Part shown: piece by piece, positions 54,024-61,946 of the stretch
How positions within the stretch are numbered: position 1 is the stretch's first letter
Layout of the letters: each line of letters starts with the position of its first letter
IMG/VR virus record: IMGVR_UViG_3300024255_000006
Location: 1 to 64,000 of that record
DNA: 64,000 nucleotides
Strand: one strand, 5' to 3'
DNA from: a virus
Position numbers and translations under genes: made by a program
The notes under the pieces: model-generated
Seen by the model: only the letters and a program-made list of their open reading frames with translations
What the model was told of the DNA's origin: nothing
The model's database searches: none

Positions 54024-54309
54024 GTGGAAACTAGTCTACACCGCAGTGCGTAAAGCACAGAAACAATTAAACTATGAAGATCTCTCATATGCTGGTGAGT
54101 ATGAAGAGTATCATCATATTTTAAACAAACTGTATACACTAGCATATAGTGAGGGTTATGATCAGAGCACTTCCATCCCTGGTAAACAAGTTTCTGCAGA
54201 TGTTCTTCAGCAGAAAAACCCGTTTGATGGGTTTATCAACCCAATCTCAGGTAATCGACCGCTCAATGAAGCAGAACTCACACGACTCTATGAAGGTGGA
54301 TTCCTATAA
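54001..54309 (+). CDS. Hypothetical protein
   Basis: 102-aa ORF. Confidence 0.6.
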   Translation: MHMLSHHEWKLVYTAVRKAQKQLNYEDLSYAGEYEEYHHILNKLYTLAYSEGYDQSTSIPGKQVSADVLQQKNPFDGFINPISGNRPLNEAELTRLYEGGFL

Positions 54310-54526
54310 ACCAAAACTGAATGATTACGTCAAGTGGTGTACGCCATGGCGTAATGTCGAAGGTTGGGTGTATTTTGTTGATGTAGATTACATTACAATC
54401 GAGATCTCTGTGCGGGACAAAGATCCTGCTGATCTAGAGCATTCTTCATTTCATAGGAAACATCATGTATTACTTCTATGTCATCAAATATATTGGAATG
54501 AACTCATTTATGTGAGGTCACGATGA
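54290..54526 (+). CDS. Hypothetical protein
   Basis: YKPKLNDYVKW..EGWVYF..YITIE; ATG 54290. Confidence 0.7.
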   Translation: MKVDSYKPKLNDYVKWCTPWRNVEGWVYFVDVDYITIEISVRDKDPADLEHSSFHRKHHVLLLCHQIYWNELIYVRSR

Positions 54527-55068
54527 CTATTTGCACAGTTATTGATGATCTCTTTGATGAACTTTATGTTCAGGAGATGAGTGCTAAAGTTATGGATATT
54601 CCTGTCTCTCCCAATAACATTGCGGGGAGGCAGACTTTTCCATATGGATTGAAAGGTAATCATCGATTTTTTGGTACAACGTTGTTTCGTCGTGATTCAA
54701 TTAATAAGATTACAAAACTCGAACCATCAGCACAGTTATTCTTCCCAATCCTAGAACAGATTGAGCATGTGATGAATACTGCATTATATTGTAGTGAGAT
54801 CGCATTGAATGTACAATGTTATGGTCAGGATGGTACTGAACATATTGATTCATCAGATTCAAATGATTTAACCATACTACAATTCACGACAGCGAGCTGG
54901 AAGTCAAGCTATGGTGGACAGTTTGAACTCTGCACACCTCATGAGGTGCATGAGTATGTGTCTGGTAGACTTGTAATCTTACCATCAAATATACCGCATC
55001 GTGGTCTTGGTCCTACTGAACCGAATCAAATTCGTACTAGCATTGTTTATCGCGTGAGACCATTATGA
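54523..55068 (+). CDS. 2OG-Fe(II) oxygenase
   Basis: GQDGTEHID, YGGQF, LPSNIPHRG, RTSIVY. Confidence 0.85.
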   Translation: MTICTVIDDLFDELYVQEMSAKVMDIPVSPNNIAGRQTFPYGLKGNHRFFGTTLFRRDSINKITKLEPSAQLFFPILEQIEHVMNTALYCSEIALNVQCYGQDGTEHIDSSDSNDLTILQFTTASWKSSYGGQFELCTPHEVHEYVSGRLVILPSNIPHRGLGPTEPNQIRTSIVYRVRPL

Positions 55069-55259
55069 AAGAAATGGAACAATTTAAGTTCATGTTAACA
55101 ATGGAGGATTATACGATTCTCCTGAATGCATTACATTATTACAAGAAGGTAGACAAATATCCTAATTTTAAACAATATGATGAACAACGTATTAACCAAT
55201 TAAGAGATAAACTTGCATACCAACTCATACCGTCGAAAGACTCGAAGAATCCCACCTAA
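55065..55259 (+). CDS. Hypothetical protein
   Basis: ILLNALHYYKK..LRDKLAYQL. Confidence 0.65.
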   Translation: MKEMEQFKFMLTMEDYTILLNALHYYKKVDKYPNFKQYDEQRINQLRDKLAYQLIPSKDSKNPT

Positions 55260-55422
55260 AAGATATTACACAGTAGAGTATGAACATATTCCTTATGGAC
55301 ACACTCAAAGTAGAATCGAAAAGGCAACTTACTTTCAACTTGAATCGGCACAAGAAGCAATGATGAAAATGATTAGACGTGGTAATGTCGTTACTGGATT
55401 AAATGAACAACAATTATTTTAA
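55213..55422 (+). CDS. Hypothetical protein
   Basis: 69-aa ORF overlapping both neighbours. Confidence 0.45.
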   Translation: MHTNSYRRKTRRIPPKRYYTVEYEHIPYGHTQSRIEKATYFQLESAQEAMMKMIRRGNVVTGLNEQQLF

Positions 55423-55993
55423 ACATTTCATCTATACTACACAAGCATTTACTCAGGAACAGTGTGAGCATCAAATTCAAAGGTTTGAAGAAGATACTAC
55501 TCATCAAACAGTAGATCACTCACATCATAACAATACTCAATGGAAGAACTATACGAGTGTTTATATCACTAAGCATAAGCATTGGTGGGACATAGACAAA
55601 CTCTATGCGAATACTATTGATAAACTACTACAAGAGTATATCAATCATTGTGAACTAGTATTAGATGATTGTAATCCAAGACCAGTGATGTTTAAATCTA
55701 ATACTTACAATGATACTGGATTTAAACTGAGACGTTATGATCCTGGAGATTATTTTCATTGGCATCATGATTTAACCAATAAAGATGAACTTGGATGGAG
55801 ACATGTAGGATGCATATTTTATTTGAATGATGTAGCACAGGGAGGAGAGACTGAGTTCTTAGATGGTACACTGATTAAACCAACACAAGGTACAGTATTG
55901 ATGTTTCCATCCTCTTGGACTTACATTCATAGAGGGTTATCACCAGTGAATCAACCCAAATATGCTACAACAACTTTTATATGTGCTAACTAG
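55403..55993 (+). CDS. 2OG-Fe(II) oxygenase, prolyl-4-hydroxylase-like
   Basis: WHHD, FYLND..GGETEF, FPSSWTYIHRG, KY. Confidence 0.9.
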   Translation: MNNNYFKHFIYTTQAFTQEQCEHQIQRFEEDTTHQTVDHSHHNNTQWKNYTSVYITKHKHWWDIDKLYANTIDKLLQEYINHCELVLDDCNPRPVMFKSNTYNDTGFKLRRYDPGDYFHWHHDLTNKDELGWRHVGCIFYLNDVAQGGETEFLDGTLIKPTQGTVLMFPSSWTYIHRGLSPVNQPKYATTTFICAN

Positions 55994-56180
55994 TGTTCAC
56001 CGAGGGGAGTGAACTGTTCTCCGCGTAAGTCATAGCAAGGGTTCTCAATAAGTTAACCCAGTTGAGAACAAACAATAATTAATCATTAAAAAAATATAGT
56101 ATAGTAGCTCGGTAGTTACTGTGAGGTTACTGTAAAGGTACTCTGGAGACGTTGGCTTAGCACGTAACCTATCGAAAGAC

Positions 56181-56329
56181 AACTCAAAGTGGTCAGAACT
56201 CAAAGTGGCACACAGGACCGCCCAGAACTCGCAGAATGCCGTATATTAGATTCATGGAAAACAACGGATTCTTAAAAATCTCAAAGTCTCACTTTTTGAC
56301 TTTTTTGACTTTTTGAGATTTTTAAGAAT
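56181..56329. repeat. Direct and inverted repeat cluster in a non-coding region
   Basis: AACTCAAAGTGG twice; 18-bp perfect inverted repeat 56268-56285/56312-56329 around TTTTGAC repeats. Confidence 0.8.
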
Positions 56330-56364
56330 TTAACCTTTTTCATTTTTTAAGTTTTAACAATTAA

Positions 56365-56604
56365 ATGGATTCATTAGTCTTTGAAAACCTAAACTCTAGT
56401 GCTATTTTTAGTATTAAAGTAACTAATATAGAGGTAAACATAGCTTATCAGAGTAAAAAAGAGAAGATTTACACATATAACTGTGATAATCTTCAAGAAT
56501 TTGCAAATAATCTCCAAATAGTAGTAAAAGACCCAGAAAAGTCCGTTGGTAGTTGGGTTAACCGACAAATCAAAGAGAAAAGTCTCATTCTAAATACTAT
56601 TTGA
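56365..56604 (+). CDS. KTSC-like small protein
   Basis: NSSAI..V.I.Y....Y.Y..SVGSWVN.QIK. Confidence 0.55.
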   Translation: MDSLVFENLNSSAIFSIKVTNIEVNIAYQSKKEKIYTYNCDNLQEFANNLQIVVKDPEKSVGSWVNRQIKEKSLILNTI

Positions 56605-56619
56605 AGATATCACTTACTG

Positions 56620-56763
56620 ATGGCCAAAACTAACAAGAACTACGACAAGTTCACCGACAACAACTACGACAAAGAACTTTATGGTTATGAAGTAAAGAAC
56701 ATTCGTCGCCAAAGTAAGAAGAAAGTCAGGAAATTCAAAGACTATGACGAATATGAATCATGA
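56620..56763 (+). CDS. Hypothetical protein, 47 aa
   Basis: MAKTNKNYDKF..KKVRKFKDYDEYES*; CTAAATA upstream at 56590. Confidence 0.55.
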   Translation: MAKTNKNYDKFTDNNYDKELYGYEVKNIRRQSKKKVRKFKDYDEYES

Positions 56764-57247
56764 TCAAAATGCCTGGGTTAATGCATTAGAATTAGCCCAG
56801 GATTCAACCAATGAAAAGAGAAAACAACTCGTCAATGATTATGGTGGACGTAACCTCAACTCGTTAGAAGTTAACGCCGATGAGAGATACGTAATCGTTT
56901 CATTTAAAGACAGTCCAGAGATAACGACCATCTTTAAATATCCAAACGATGAACTCACTGTGATGGAAATCGAAGGTGAGTTACATAAAGTGATGCATGA
57001 ATTAACAGAAGAGAATGAAGAATCAATTCTTTCTGCAGTGTTTACACTTTGGTTGATGAATGATAGACTATCATACTTTGCACAGTTTACTGATGCATTA
57101 GTGGACGCTTCCGAGACTGTCCACTCTGATCTAGATGACGAAGGCAATGTCATGGTGGATTCTTATCGTGAGGAAGGTTGGACTCAACACGACAAAAACA
57201 AACCAGTTGACGAAGTGGCACCTGAGAGCGGGACAGGGTTCGGATAA
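56744..57247 (+). CDS. Acidic hypothetical protein
   Basis: 167-aa ORF. Confidence 0.6.
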   Translation: MTNMNHDQNAWVNALELAQDSTNEKRKQLVNDYGGRNLNSLEVNADERYVIVSFKDSPEITTIFKYPNDELTVMEIEGELHKVMHELTEENEESILSAVFTLWLMNDRLSYFAQFTDALVDASETVHSDLDDEGNVMVDSYREEGWTQHDKNKPVDEVAPESGTGFG

Positions 57248-57284
57248 GGTGTATTGTTAGGAAGTCAAACACACAGGACCAATT

Positions 57285-57611
57285 TTGCGTAAGATCGAAA
57301 CCCAGATGAACGCTGCTATCAAAGGCAACCTCAACTGGACCAATGCTAACACGTCTGTCACCACGACCGATGGAGTTTCAGAGGTTCGTCTACATGGCAA
57401 CAAGATTGCTGAGGTTGGTGATGATTTCGTTCGCATCTTTGATGGTGGGTGGCAATCAACCACGACTAAATCACGTTTGAACGCTATCATCAACGAGTTC
57501 TGTTGTGCATTCACTGACGGTGTCTTTCAGAAGGATTTTCAGTGGTTCGTTCGTGATAACAAGGTGACCAAAGATTTCGTTAACGGTTACACCTTCGCTG
57601 AGTTTGCCTGA
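57285..57611 (+). CDS. Conserved early hypothetical protein
   Basis: RKIE.QM..AI, VRLHGNKIA, DGGWQSTTTKSRLNAI. Confidence 0.8.
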   Translation: MRKIETQMNAAIKGNLNWTNANTSVTTTDGVSEVRLHGNKIAEVGDDFVRIFDGGWQSTTTKSRLNAIINEFCCAFTDGVFQKDFQWFVRDNKVTKDFVNGYTFAEFA

Positions 57612-57617
57612 TAACAT

Positions 57618-57659
57618 TGGGGGAGTACAAAAGATCTGCAATTAGAAGCAGCGCCCCCA
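57618..57659. other. Intergenic stem-loop, GCAATTAGAAG family copy 2
   Basis: TGGGGG/CCCCCA outer stem, CTGC/GCAG inner stem. Confidence 0.55.
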
Positions 57660-57686
57660 CACTAATTAACACCCACTCACTTCATC

Positions 57687-57977
57687 ATGAACTACACACT
57701 CAAACAACTTCAAGACAAAGTATCACGAATGATTGAAGAACAAGGCGAGGATGCAGAATGTGGAGCATGGATTTATACCAAGAATGATTGTCATCTAAAG
57801 GATGAAGATGGTAACACTGATTATAATAACAATGTAGAAGATCCTGCACTGATTGCACGTATCTTTGATGATGTAGGCAACGTTGATTACATCTACACTG
57901 TGATTCAAGATGCAGTAGATGAAGCAACAGAGGAGCAACTTGTGCAGTACCAACAAGAATTAGTAGAGGTAAAATGA
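57687..57977 (+). CDS. Acidic hypothetical protein
   Basis: QGEDAECGAWIYTK. Confidence 0.7.
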   Translation: MNYTLKQLQDKVSRMIEEQGEDAECGAWIYTKNDCHLKDEDGNTDYNNNVEDPALIARIFDDVGNVDYIYTVIQDAVDEATEEQLVQYQQELVEVK

Positions 57978-58108
57978 GAATGACGCAATACGTACTCAGC
58001 GGCATTTGTGTCTTTATGGGTATGACTTGCTATCTGCTATTCTTAGCAGAACGTGATAGTAAGATGATGAATTACTATGATTCAACAATTCAAAAATCGA
58101 ACTACTAA
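57974..58108 (+). CDS. Small membrane protein, 44 aa
   Basis: GAGG SD, TM helix, LAERD. Confidence 0.55.
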   Translation: MRMTQYVLSGICVFMGMTCYLLFLAERDSKMMNYYDSTIQKSNY

Positions 58109-58195
58109 ATGTTACCTAGGTCAGCCGCGAGTGGACGATCTGCAAAGTGGTTCACCAAGGGGGGCAATCGGTTCAAAATGTCCTATACTAACAGC

Positions 58196-58387
58196 ATGAG
58201 AAACGAAACACCAAGCAACAACCCATACGTCAACAACCTCGTTGAGATGGGATACGATCGGGCAGACTGTGAGATGGTCGCCTCTGCTGGTCTTGATGCC
58301 ACCTATCCTAGGGTGATCCACGGTCGGACCTTTGACACCAAGGAACAGTATGACGAGGAACTGGCAGACTACATCGCTGGTCTGTGA
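58196..58387 (+). CDS. Early hypothetical protein, possibly leaderless
   Basis: ATG 6 nt after TATACT. Confidence 0.65.
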   Translation: MRNETPSNNPYVNNLVEMGYDRADCEMVASAGLDATYPRVIHGRTFDTKEQYDEELADYIAGL

Positions 58388-58446
58388 CACTTCGCAAACT
58401 GCTCCACAAAATAGACACAGCACTCAAAACCGTCTATTGTAGACTC

Positions 58447-58623
58447 ATGAACAAAACACTAACCGATCTCACCCCTTCCATTCGTTCCTTTTGCCTGACC
58501 AATCCAGAGGCAGACTTTGAAATGGTCATGGACTTTGTAGACTCGCAGATCATGCCCTTTGAGGCAGACGATGACCTCGTAGACCTTGCCATGGAAATCA
58601 TGCTGGAGTGCGACTCTAAGTAA
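58447..58623 (+). CDS. Early hypothetical protein, possibly leaderless
   Basis: TAGACA-17-TATTGT, ATG 6 nt later. Confidence 0.65.
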   Translation: MNKTLTDLTPSIRSFCLTNPEADFEMVMDFVDSQIMPFEADDDLVDLAMEIMLECDSK

Positions 58624-58733
58624 CACTAACTGTGGTATCACTAAATGATACCCAGGTTCGGCCGACCGTGGACGATCGACCTAGTGTCCACTCAGGGGGG
58701 CGAAACGTCCTCCCCTGTGTCTATAATAGATTC

Positions 58734-58943
58734 ATGATCAAAACCGCTCCTCAAATGCTCTCCAACACCTATTGGGTTTCCTGCCCTGCTCTCGGTGAGT
58801 CTGAAGTCTGTAACAGCATGGAACTTGCAAACGACCTGTGCTTCGCTCTTCACGATGACGCTAATGGCGCTTATGCGTTCGTTGAAGACTACCTCGGACA
58901 CACCGTGATGGAGTATGGGACACCCGACGAACTGGTTGCCTAG
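58734..58943 (+). CDS. Early hypothetical protein, possibly leaderless
   Basis: ATG 6 nt after TATAAT. Confidence 0.65.
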   Translation: MIKTAPQMLSNTYWVSCPALGESEVCNSMELANDLCFALHDDANGAYAFVEDYLGHTVMEYGTPDELVA

Positions 58944-58995
58944 GGGTTGAATCCCCCCCTTGCTCCTCTATACTAACAACAGTTCAACCAATCAC

Positions 58996-59247
58996 ATGAC
59001 CGCTTCAATGACTCAGGACACGACCTACAACGGTTGGGCAAACTATGAAACCTGGAACGTTGCCCTGTGGATCGGTAACGATGAGATGATCTACCGCCAT
59101 GCCAAGGAGAATCAGAACCTAGGTTATCGCAAGTGGGCGAAGCGTTACATCGATGAGTTTGGCGAGTACATCACGGGCGATGGCATCTCCTGGTTGTCCG
59201 ATGACGTGGATCAAGACGAGATGGACGCCATGCTTGCCGAACTCTAA
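58996..59247 (+). CDS. Conserved phage hypothetical protein
   Basis: YNGWANYETWNVALWI..T.DGISW. Confidence 0.8.
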   Translation: MTASMTQDTTYNGWANYETWNVALWIGNDEMIYRHAKENQNLGYRKWAKRYIDEFGEYITGDGISWLSDDVDQDEMDAMLAEL

Positions 59248-59297
59248 ACTGTCACAGGGGGGCGAGATCTGCCCCTCTAAGGGTCTATACTAACAGC

Positions 59298-59486
59298 ATG
59301 GAAAACAAAGCAATGACTAGAACAGGTTTCTTTCTTCACAACGAGAACCCCTCCCCTCTGATGACTAAGGTCATGGAGAAGATCCAACGCCAACACATGG
59401 CAGAGCAGGAGTACAGGCAGGCAGTGAGAGCAGGTCGTATCGAACCTGTCCAGTCTACGAACTGGGACATCTCAGATCGCCACTAG
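59298..59486 (+). CDS. Early hypothetical protein, possibly leaderless
   Basis: ATG 6 nt after TATACT. Confidence 0.65.
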   Translation: MENKAMTRTGFFLHNENPSPLMTKVMEKIQRQHMAEQEYRQAVRAGRIEPVQSTNWDISDRH

Positions 59487-59544
59487 GCGCTGACCCGCTA
59501 CAATTAATTCATCAACCAACAGCGTGTCGATCACGCATCAAACT

Positions 59545-60306
59545 ATGTTCAAAACCAACGGCAGCACCCATCACCAAGGCGTCTCTAACGAGCACGCCAC
59601 GATTGACCTGCTCAACGAATTTTCAGTCTACCCCGACAGCGTAACTCACCTAGGTGGGACGAAGCACAAAGCAGACGCCATGGCGGGAGAGAAGGGGATC
59701 AGTATCAAGCACAAAGCAGGTCTAAAGAACGGGTCTTTCGATTGGGTCAACACCTCCGACATCTTTGGCGTCATCGACAGAACCATTTTTGCCGACTTCT
59801 TCGCCTTCGTTACTGAGGCGCGTGGTTGGTCTGTTGCTAAGCGTGAAGCGATCGTAGAGGAGACTCGCGACCTCTTCAACGAGTGCTGTGAGAAGGCGCT
59901 AGACAGCATCCACCCCTATGATCTGCTCTGCTTTCTTAAGTCAAACGTTACTGAGAAGCAGTATGGCATGGGGATCGTCATCAACGACACCAAGCACGAG
60001 ACCCTCCACATCATGGAGGCAGACCGTCTCCTGATGACTCGCTGCATCAATTCAAACTATTCGTGCGAGTTGATCAAGGGCAAGGGCAAGAGTTCACGTC
60101 GTCTCGTCTTCAACTCCATGGCGGTCCCTCACGGTTTCGATTGCGGTCTACGTGTGAGAGTCACCAGCAACAATGGCATCCGTGCCTTCCTTGGACTAAG
60201 CAAGGCAAACAAGTCTAGTCAGGTTGTGATCAAGGTGCAACAGGACAACGTTCGGGATTTCGTCACCCACGACCCCGACCGTCAGATCCTCACCTATGCC
60301 AACTGA
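59545..60306 (+). CDS. Putative PD-(D/E)XK endonuclease
   Basis: E..(GG..KAD)..ISIK pattern; own early promoter. Confidence 0.5.
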   Translation: MFKTNGSTHHQGVSNEHATIDLLNEFSVYPDSVTHLGGTKHKADAMAGEKGISIKHKAGLKNGSFDWVNTSDIFGVIDRTIFADFFAFVTEARGWSVAKREAIVEETRDLFNECCEKALDSIHPYDLLCFLKSNVTEKQYGMGIVINDTKHETLHIMEADRLLMTRCINSNYSCELIKGKGKSSRRLVFNSMAVPHGFDCGLRVRVTSNNGIRAFLGLSKANKSSQVVIKVQQDNVRDFVTHDPDRQILTYAN

Positions 60307-60376
60307 GGCACTGTCCTCCTAGGGGTAGGCAGACCTGCCCCTGCTGCTACAATTAGTTCAACAAACAAACAAAGAC

Positions 60377-60604
60377 ATGTTCGCAGTTCAACCCACTTCA
60401 TTCGGCACCTTTGACGAGTACGGTGCAGACTACACGCCAACGATCGCTGGTGCTTACCGTATCGCAGCGATCAGGCAGCAGGAGCAAGAGGGCGATCAGA
60501 TGATCTGGCGTCTCACCTCTGGTCAACCTATCCCATGGGTTCGGGTCTATGAAGACGAGGACATCTCTAGTGTGACGACTCAGGAGCTGGCGTTGCTGGT
60601 CTGA
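60377..60604 (+). CDS. Early hypothetical protein
   Basis: MFAVQPTSFGTFDEYGADY..GDQMIW. Confidence 0.7.
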   Translation: MFAVQPTSFGTFDEYGADYTPTIAGAYRIAAIRQQEQEGDQMIWRLTSGQPIPWVRVYEDEDISSVTTQELALLV

Positions 60605-60649
60605 TCCTGACCCCTGACCCTGTAGACTATTCAAAGAAACAACCGACTC

Positions 60650-60859
60650 ATGTCCATGATTAATCCAGTCATCGTCCTCGACACCGACAGCACAGCAACC
60701 GAGCAGATCAGACTCTACCCGATGACCCGTCAGTGCATGGTCTTCTGGCACTCACGTCACTACAGCACCCACACCGTTCGCCGTCGCGACATGCTGCGAC
60801 TGCTCCTGAATCTGAAGCAGAGCGCAGGGCAGTGGGTGAACCGCTACGCCCTCGGGTGA
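60650..60859 (+). CDS. KTSC-like small protein
   Basis: DSTA..SAGQWVN, similar ending to ORF 56365. Confidence 0.5.
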   Translation: MSMINPVIVLDTDSTATEQIRLYPMTRQCMVFWHSRHYSTHTVRRRDMLRLLLNLKQSAGQWVNRYALG

Positions 60860-61045
60860 GGGACAGAGGCAGAAAACAGGTAAATCCGACAGGGGGCAGT
60901 AATATGCCCCCCCTTAGGGGTATACCCCCCGCGCCAAGCGGGTTTGGGACTCCTACCCCTACCCTAACCTACAAAAGTATCCAGACGACCGATAAATATT
61001 ATTGCAAAGTCTTTTTATAAAACCTTCGTATATAAAAAAATTCCC

Positions 61046-61237
61046 GTGGAAAAAAATGACCCAAAAACCTGGAGCTACGCCGACGCTCTCAACAATTTTG
61101 AAGCATTCTGCAACTACTTCGACGCGGCAGCTGCTTCAAGTTATCGTTCAACAAAATCGCAAGATCGCCCAGCTGGAGATCGAGATAATGCAATTGAAAG
61201 CGATGAAACTGATGTACCGCCCACCAGGGGCGAATGA
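61046..61237 (+). CDS. Hypothetical protein
   Basis: GTG start downstream of late promoter GATAAATA (60991); NNFEAFCNYFD. Confidence 0.5.
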   Translation: MEKNDPKTWSYADALNNFEAFCNYFDAAAASSYRSTKSQDRPAGDRDNAIESDETDVPPTRGE

Positions 61238-61301
61238 GCATATGAATGTCGTCGAATATTTGGATACCATCGAGGAGAGACTAAGATGCCTGGAAAAGTA
61301 G
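61056..61301 (+). CDS. Coiled-coil hypothetical protein
   Basis: LMYRPPG..EH..EYLD..RL; start uncertain. Confidence 0.6.
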   Translation: MTQKPGATPTLSTILKHSATTSTRQLLQVIVQQNRKIAQLEIEIMQLKAMKLMYRPPGANEHMNVVEYLDTIEERLRCLEK

Positions 61302-61615
61302 CAGGATTTAACGGAGCAGTCGATAGTGGTGGTACAGGTATCTGTAATACGCCCCCATGCGTAATTGGACCCGTGACCCCACGTACTGTGACTGTAGGAG
61401 GATTGTTTCCGATCTTAGAGGGTGATGTATTAACACCAGCACCAGGAACAACACCAGGAGGCAATCCCTGTACCACTCCTCGTGTTGCGATTAGCACGAC
61501 AGCAAAGGTGAGAATAAATGGGAGACGCCCCTGTTGTCCTGGAGACTTGCTAGCACCGACTACAGGAATCATGATCACTGCGTTGTCGGCAAACCCAAAA
61601 GTCAACGTGATATGA
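61286..61615 (+). CDS. PAAR-repeat spike-tip protein (gp5.4-like)
   Basis: TVTVGG.FP..EGD, KVRINGRR...GD, Cys/Pro-rich. Confidence 0.75.
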   Translation: MPGKVAGFNGAVDSGGTGICNTPPCVIGPVTPRTVTVGGLFPILEGDVLTPAPGTTPGGNPCTTPRVAISTTAKVRINGRRPCCPGDLLAPTTGIMITALSANPKVNVI

Positions 61616-61647
61616 TATAATAACAAAGTACATTGAGGTAATCAGAC

Positions 61648-61791
61648 ATGGCAAAACGCCCTTCACTGACTGGATCAGATACAATTGAACCCAAGGAGAA
61701 GATGAGTCGCCAAGGAAGTGGTAGAAATACTAAATATAGTGCGACTAGTCGCAACAAAGCAAAAAAACGCTACAGAGGACAAGGACGATGA
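61648..61791 (+). CDS. Small basic protein ending YRGQG
   Basis: GAGG SD; SRQGSG..TKYSATSRNKAKKRYRGQGR. Confidence 0.75.
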   Translation: MAKRPSLTGSDTIEPKEKMSRQGSGRNTKYSATSRNKAKKRYRGQGR

Positions 61792-61946
61792 CTGAATTCA
61801 ATTATATTGTAGGACGCCCATCCACACTGCAGTATCGTAGTGACGCTGATACTGATGGTGATGGTACGCTTTCTAAAGAAGAATTGCAGGCAGCAGGTAT
61901 TAAAGACGGCATTGAAACAGCAGAGTCAGTAGAATTTGAAGAATGA
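61788..61946 (+). CDS. 52-aa acidic microprotein with an EF-hand loop
   Basis: DTDGDGTLSKEE; ATGA-coupled at both ends. Confidence 0.65.
   Translation: MTEFNYIVGRPSTLQYRSDADTDGDGTLSKEELQAAGIKDGIETAESVEFEE

Larger units (their letters stand above)
45966..60628 (+). promoter_or_regulatory. Dispersed family of at least 13 early-type promoters sharing an upstream motif
   Basis: -10 hexamers at 46018, 49664, 49948, 56242, 57252, 58184, 58435, 58722, 58969, 59286, 59499, 60348, 60623; each has ACTG or AGTG (variants AGCG, GCTG) 37-39 nt upstream. Confidence 0.7.

Noticed and set aside
56254-56316. 20-codon ORF after the promoter at 56242
   Set aside because: Runs through the inverted repeat and T-tracts; more likely a by-product of a structural element
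61141-61626. 161-aa minus-strand ORF
   Set aside because: Antisense shadow of the PAAR gene
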